Virus record (IMG/VR): IMGVR_UViG_3300020455_000010
Origin: an uncultured virus (IMG/VR IMGVR_UViG_3300020455_000010)
Taxonomy: Duplodnaviria > Heunggongvirae > Uroviricota > Caudoviricetes
Strand: one strand, 5' to 3'
DNA: 20,000 nt
Shown: piece by piece, positions 16,591 through 20,000 of the stretch
How the letters are laid out: each line of letters begins with the position of its first letter
How positions within the stretch are numbered: the first letter of the stretch is position 1
The notes under the pieces: generated by a model
Told to the model about the DNA's origin: nothing
Seen by the model: only the letters and a program-made list of their open reading frames with translations
Databases searched by the model: none
Program-made: the position numbers and the translations under genes

Positions 16591-18114
16591 ATGTCAATAA
16601 CAATTCCAACAACAGTTGATAAAGCATGGAATGATCTTTTTAGAGAAGGTTTATCCACGGATGAGTATAGTTATTTGGTATTTGATGTTAAAAAAACCGA
16701 AAGCGATGCTTCAAAAAAAGTTCAGGTTTTCATGAAGGTATATGTTCCTGAAAATAAAAGAAAGACTGCTACTGAAAATGTAAAGAAAGCAATGGAGGAT
16801 ACGGGGTATACAGTAGAGCATAGGAAATCCAAAGGTTCTAATATACCAGAAATAGATATAGTAGTAACTGAAAAAAATGTTATTCGTGTTCAGTTTAAAC
16901 CAATCAAATCTTCAGGATCTGGTGGTGGGTCAAAACAAACTACAATTCAGGAAAGTACATCTTGCTTATATAATTCACTTCGTTTTCATGTACATCCGAA
17001 TAATAAATTAACTCCTACCATGACTCTTACTACAGATGATATGGAGAAAGCAGCGAAATGGATTGATACTCCAGATGCTACTTTGGAACAGATGATTGAA
17101 TTTGCTAACCAAGATCCTGATTGGAAAGAAGTTTTTGTAGATGGTGCAAATGCATTGTATAATAAAGTAAAACCTGCTGCTTCAAATGATTTTATGTTTG
17201 TTCGTGGAGATAAAGAAATAGATGATGGTGTAATAAAAAAAGCTTTTGCTCAATGTAAAGCTTCGTTAGTACACAAGGAGTTAAAAAATGAAGACAAGTG
17301 GAACCCATCAGATATTTGGATAGTTAGTAAGGGTGCCAAGACTGAAATAATTAACAAATTAACACCATATGGTGTGAAAAAAACAACAACTACAATAGAA
17401 GTATTTAATGATGCACTATCACAATTTTTTACTGATGAAAAATTGATGGGAGTATCTTTAAAAAAGACTGGTGGTACTGGTACAGTAAAGGTTGTGAATG
17501 CTGACACCCCACAAGAGAGAAAAGCAAGTCTTGGGGTTGAGTTTAAGAAAAAGAAATCAATAGATATGTTAGTTTATGATAGTAAAACAAATTTTACTGG
17601 TGAACATGCTCATAAGAGATGGCCAATGGATGTATACATTCAGTATGGAACTGGAAAAAAGGATAACATACAGTTAAGAAATTTTGGTGGTGATAATAAA
17701 GGTGATTGGAAGTTAGAACTTAAAGGCGAGCATGCTGCTATGGGTAAGATTCAAGGTAATGTTGCTAGGTTTATATTAAAGCATACAGGATTCACAGGTG
17801 TACCTGACGAACCAGAATGGTCTGCTTGTGATCCAAAGAAAGCTACTGCTAAACAAAAATCAGATATCACAAAAGAAATATATAAATTATTAGATACTTT
17901 TGGTGCAAATGGATTTGATAAAAGTGACGGAGATCAAATGATGGGTGAGATTGCTGGTAAAAGACAGTCTTGGAGGTATAGTAAACTATCAGGACTTCGC
18001 TTTTTAGAATATCTCTGTAAAGAAAATGTGAATGCAGATATGGCAATCAAAGAACTATATCTTTTTGGTGGATCACAAGCAGACCACTCATCAATATACT
18101 ACAAGTATTCTTAA
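16591..18114 (+). CDS. Large hypothetical protein, putative PD-(D/E)xK restriction-endonuclease-like fold
   Basis: GSGGG linker, TTIQE, DKWNPSDIW and GVSLKK line up as an E...PxD...SxK active-site variant. Confidence 0.7.
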   Translation: MSITIPTTVDKAWNDLFREGLSTDEYSYLVFDVKKTESDASKKVQVFMKVYVPENKRKTATENVKKAMEDTGYTVEHRKSKGSNIPEIDIVVTEKNVIRVQFKPIKSSGSGGGSKQTTIQESTSCLYNSLRFHVHPNNKLTPTMTLTTDDMEKAAKWIDTPDATLEQMIEFANQDPDWKEVFVDGANALYNKVKPAASNDFMFVRGDKEIDDGVIKKAFAQCKASLVHKELKNEDKWNPSDIWIVSKGAKTEIINKLTPYGVKKTTTTIEVFNDALSQFFTDEKLMGVSLKKTGGTGTVKVVNADTPQERKASLGVEFKKKKSIDMLVYDSKTNFTGEHAHKRWPMDVYIQYGTGKKDNIQLRNFGGDNKGDWKLELKGEHAAMGKIQGNVARFILKHTGFTGVPDEPEWSACDPKKATAKQKSDITKEIYKLLDTFGANGFDKSDGDQMMGEIAGKRQSWRYSKLSGLRFLEYLCKENVNADMAIKELYLFGGSQADHSSIYYKYS

Positions 18115-19307
18115 TGGCAAACGTAACACAGTTAAAACATTTAGAACACCTTGAGGATGAGATGCTCAACTATGGAGTTGATGGTTGTAAAGCTGCTGTC
18201 TCTTTTTTAAAAGAACTTCGTAAGATGTTAGGTCAACAGGATAATGATGGTTTCATGCAAACCAAATGGGATGGAGCACCTGCTGTTATCTGTGGAAAAC
18301 ACCCTCTTTCTGGTATGTTCTTTGTTGGAACTAAATCTGTATTCAATAAGAACGATCCTAAAGTATGTTACAGTGAAAAAGGTATTGACAAATATTATCA
18401 AGGAGACCTTGCAGAAAAACTTAAATTTTCTCTTCGTTATTTTAAAGAATTAGATATTGAAGGAGTAGTTCAGGGTGATCTTATGTTCACTGATAGTACA
18501 TTAAAAAAAGAAACTATCAATGGTGAATTACTTTATACATTCAAACCTAACACTATTACATATGCAATTCCAGTAGATCATTCTATTGGTAAGGCAGCAG
18601 GTACTGCAAAGATTGGTGTAGTGTTTCATACTCATTACACAGGTGATGAACTTGAATCAATGCAAGCAAAAGCTGGTGCTGATGTTACTGGATCTAAAGA
18701 TGCTTTAGTAATTAAAAATGATACTCCAATGGATCGTGTTGGGTTGTCTTCTAGTGAGGAAAAAACATTCGATGCTCATGTATCAAAGATTGAAAGTATG
18801 TGTAAGATATGTGGAGACTTCCTTGATGAGTTGGTTAAATTTTCTGGTACAAAGGGTGATCTTAAGTGGCATGTATCATCTTATATAAAACAGTTCTTTA
18901 ATAGTGAGATTAGAAATGCTCGTAGTATAGGTAATGTTGATCATGCATTAGATAACCTTACAAATTTCTATCATTTAAAAACTGCCAAGATGCTTGATGC
19001 TATCAAGACTCCTAAAAATAAAGCAGAAAAAAGGAAGTTAGTATACGATAGTGAGAATTATCTACAAGATAATAAGACAAAGTTTACAGCAATGCTTTCT
19101 CTTTACAAAGAGATTCAACACGTTAAGCAGATGGTTATAGATAAGTTAGATCATCTTGAAACCTTCAAGACATTTATTAAAACTGAAAAGGGATATAAAG
19201 TAACTGGACCAGAAGGTTATGTTTTGCACAAAGATGGTGATATGATTAAGTTTGTTAATCGTCTTGAGTTTGCTTATAATAATTTCACAGTATCAAAGGA
19301 CTGGTAA
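18114..19307 (+). CDS. Conserved phage protein (DUF6267-like) with RNA/DNA ligase-type nucleotidyltransferase motifs
   Basis: HLEHLED N-terminus; motif I TKWDG (K51), III-like VQGDLM, IV EGYVL, V IKFV; TAATG coupling on both sides. Confidence 0.72.
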   Translation: MANVTQLKHLEHLEDEMLNYGVDGCKAAVSFLKELRKMLGQQDNDGFMQTKWDGAPAVICGKHPLSGMFFVGTKSVFNKNDPKVCYSEKGIDKYYQGDLAEKLKFSLRYFKELDIEGVVQGDLMFTDSTLKKETINGELLYTFKPNTITYAIPVDHSIGKAAGTAKIGVVFHTHYTGDELESMQAKAGADVTGSKDALVIKNDTPMDRVGLSSSEEKTFDAHVSKIESMCKICGDFLDELVKFSGTKGDLKWHVSSYIKQFFNSEIRNARSIGNVDHALDNLTNFYHLKTAKMLDAIKTPKNKAEKRKLVYDSENYLQDNKTKFTAMLSLYKEIQHVKQMVIDKLDHLETFKTFIKTEKGYKVTGPEGYVLHKDGDMIKFVNRLEFAYNNFTVSKDW

Positions 19308-19879
19308 TGTCAGGATTAATATGCAAAAAATGTTACGTTACCTTTGGTAGGTTCCAACCACCTACTACAGGACATAAGGAGAACTTTGCTGGTGTTAAAC
19401 GTGCTGCTGGAGGTCATGACTATCGAATTTATATTTCACAAAGTGTAGACACTAAAGGAACTAACCCATTACCACCAGATATAAAGTATAATTACATGGT
19501 TAAAATGTTCCCTGAACACAAGGGACATATCTTTAGTGGACCAAGAGATCCTGTTTCTATCATGCAAGATTTAATGATGGCAGGGTATGATGAGGTTATC
19601 TATCTTGTAGGATCTGATAGGGTTAATGCTATGGGATTCCTCCATAAATACAATGGAGAAGGAAAGGACTTCCACTTTAGGAAGATTGAAATAGTATCTT
19701 CTGGTAGTAGAGATGCAGATGGTGACACGTTTGCTATATCTGGTACTAAAATGAGAAGAGCAGCATTTGCTGGTGACTTTAAAACTTTTAGGAAAGGTAT
19801 TCCAACATCATTAAAAGATCCAGATTGCAAATCTTTAATGGAAGAAATTAAACAACGATTACCTATAAAATTCAAATGA
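19307..19879 (+). CDS. Cytidylyltransferase-like (HIGH superfamily, NMNAT/PPAT-like) nucleotidyltransferase
   Basis: TFGRFQPPTTGH, NPL, VGSDR and C-terminal ISGTKMR motifs. Confidence 0.9.
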   Translation: MSGLICKKCYVTFGRFQPPTTGHKENFAGVKRAAGGHDYRIYISQSVDTKGTNPLPPDIKYNYMVKMFPEHKGHIFSGPRDPVSIMQDLMMAGYDEVIYLVGSDRVNAMGFLHKYNGEGKDFHFRKIEIVSSGSRDADGDTFAISGTKMRRAAFAGDFKTFRKGIPTSLKDPDCKSLMEEIKQRLPIKFK

Positions 19880-20000
19880 AAACATTCCGAGAGTTCGTAT
19901 CTGAAGGTAAGAAAAGAGGATTGTGGGATAACATCCATGCTAAAAGAAAGCGTGGTGAACCTAAAGCAAAGAAAGGTGATAAGGATTATCCAGAGACTCT
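19876..20000 (+). CDS. 5' part of a basic protein with a T4-like capsid-targeting N-terminus (truncated by the window)
   Basis: ATGA overlap with the upstream gene; MKTFREFVSEGKKRGLWDNIHAKRKRGEPKAKKGDKDYPET... stays open to the window end. Confidence 0.8.
   Translation, partial: MKTFREFVSEGKKRGLWDNIHAKRKRGEPKAKKGDKDYPET

Noticed and set aside
5782..18453. Short plus-strand ORFs nested in other frames (5782-5994, 12552-12770, 14228-14419, 15850-16098, 18244-18453)
   Set aside because: They lie wholly within conserved genes and have atypical, Leu-rich shadow composition.
172..19938. All minus-strand ORFs in the track (e.g. 172-489, 13563-14042, 15370-15810, 15812-16156, 19600-19938)
   Set aside because: They are antisense shadows of well-supported plus-strand genes, with no motifs or expression signals of their own.
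1..20000. CRISPR arrays, tRNAs, rRNAs, integrases or transposases
   Set aside because: None seen; intergenic gaps are all under about 70 bp and no periodic repeats or cloverleaf sequences were found by eye.

Overview
AT-rich, entirely plus-strand segment of a T4-like marine cyanophage (myovirus; the low GC suggests a Prochlorococcus host). It carries the core replication/recombination module in the usual order: gp46, gp45 clamp, gp44/gp62 clamp loader, regA, hsp20, gp43 polymerase, uvsX, gp41 helicase, mazG. Accessory genes are interspersed: a Dam-type methylase, two 2OG-Fe(II) oxygenases, a DUF2997/Ycf35 pair, an orphan pair with a Zn ribbon, and three Sm-like paralogues. A terminator/late-promoter junction at about 16560-16590 is followed by a coupled operon encoding a PD-(D/E)xK-like protein, an RNA-ligase-like KxDG protein, an HxGH-type nucleotidyltransferase and a protein starting with a T4-like capsid-targeting peptide. 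Most notable observations: (1) a 55-bp direct repeat of the hsp20 3' end plus promoter flanking an oxygenase cassette, with synonymous changes in the hsp20 frame; (2) a ROSE-like RNA thermometer in the hsp20 leader; (3) the uncharacterised nuclease/ligase/nucleotidyltransferase late operon. All family assignments come from motif recognition by eye; no database searches were run.
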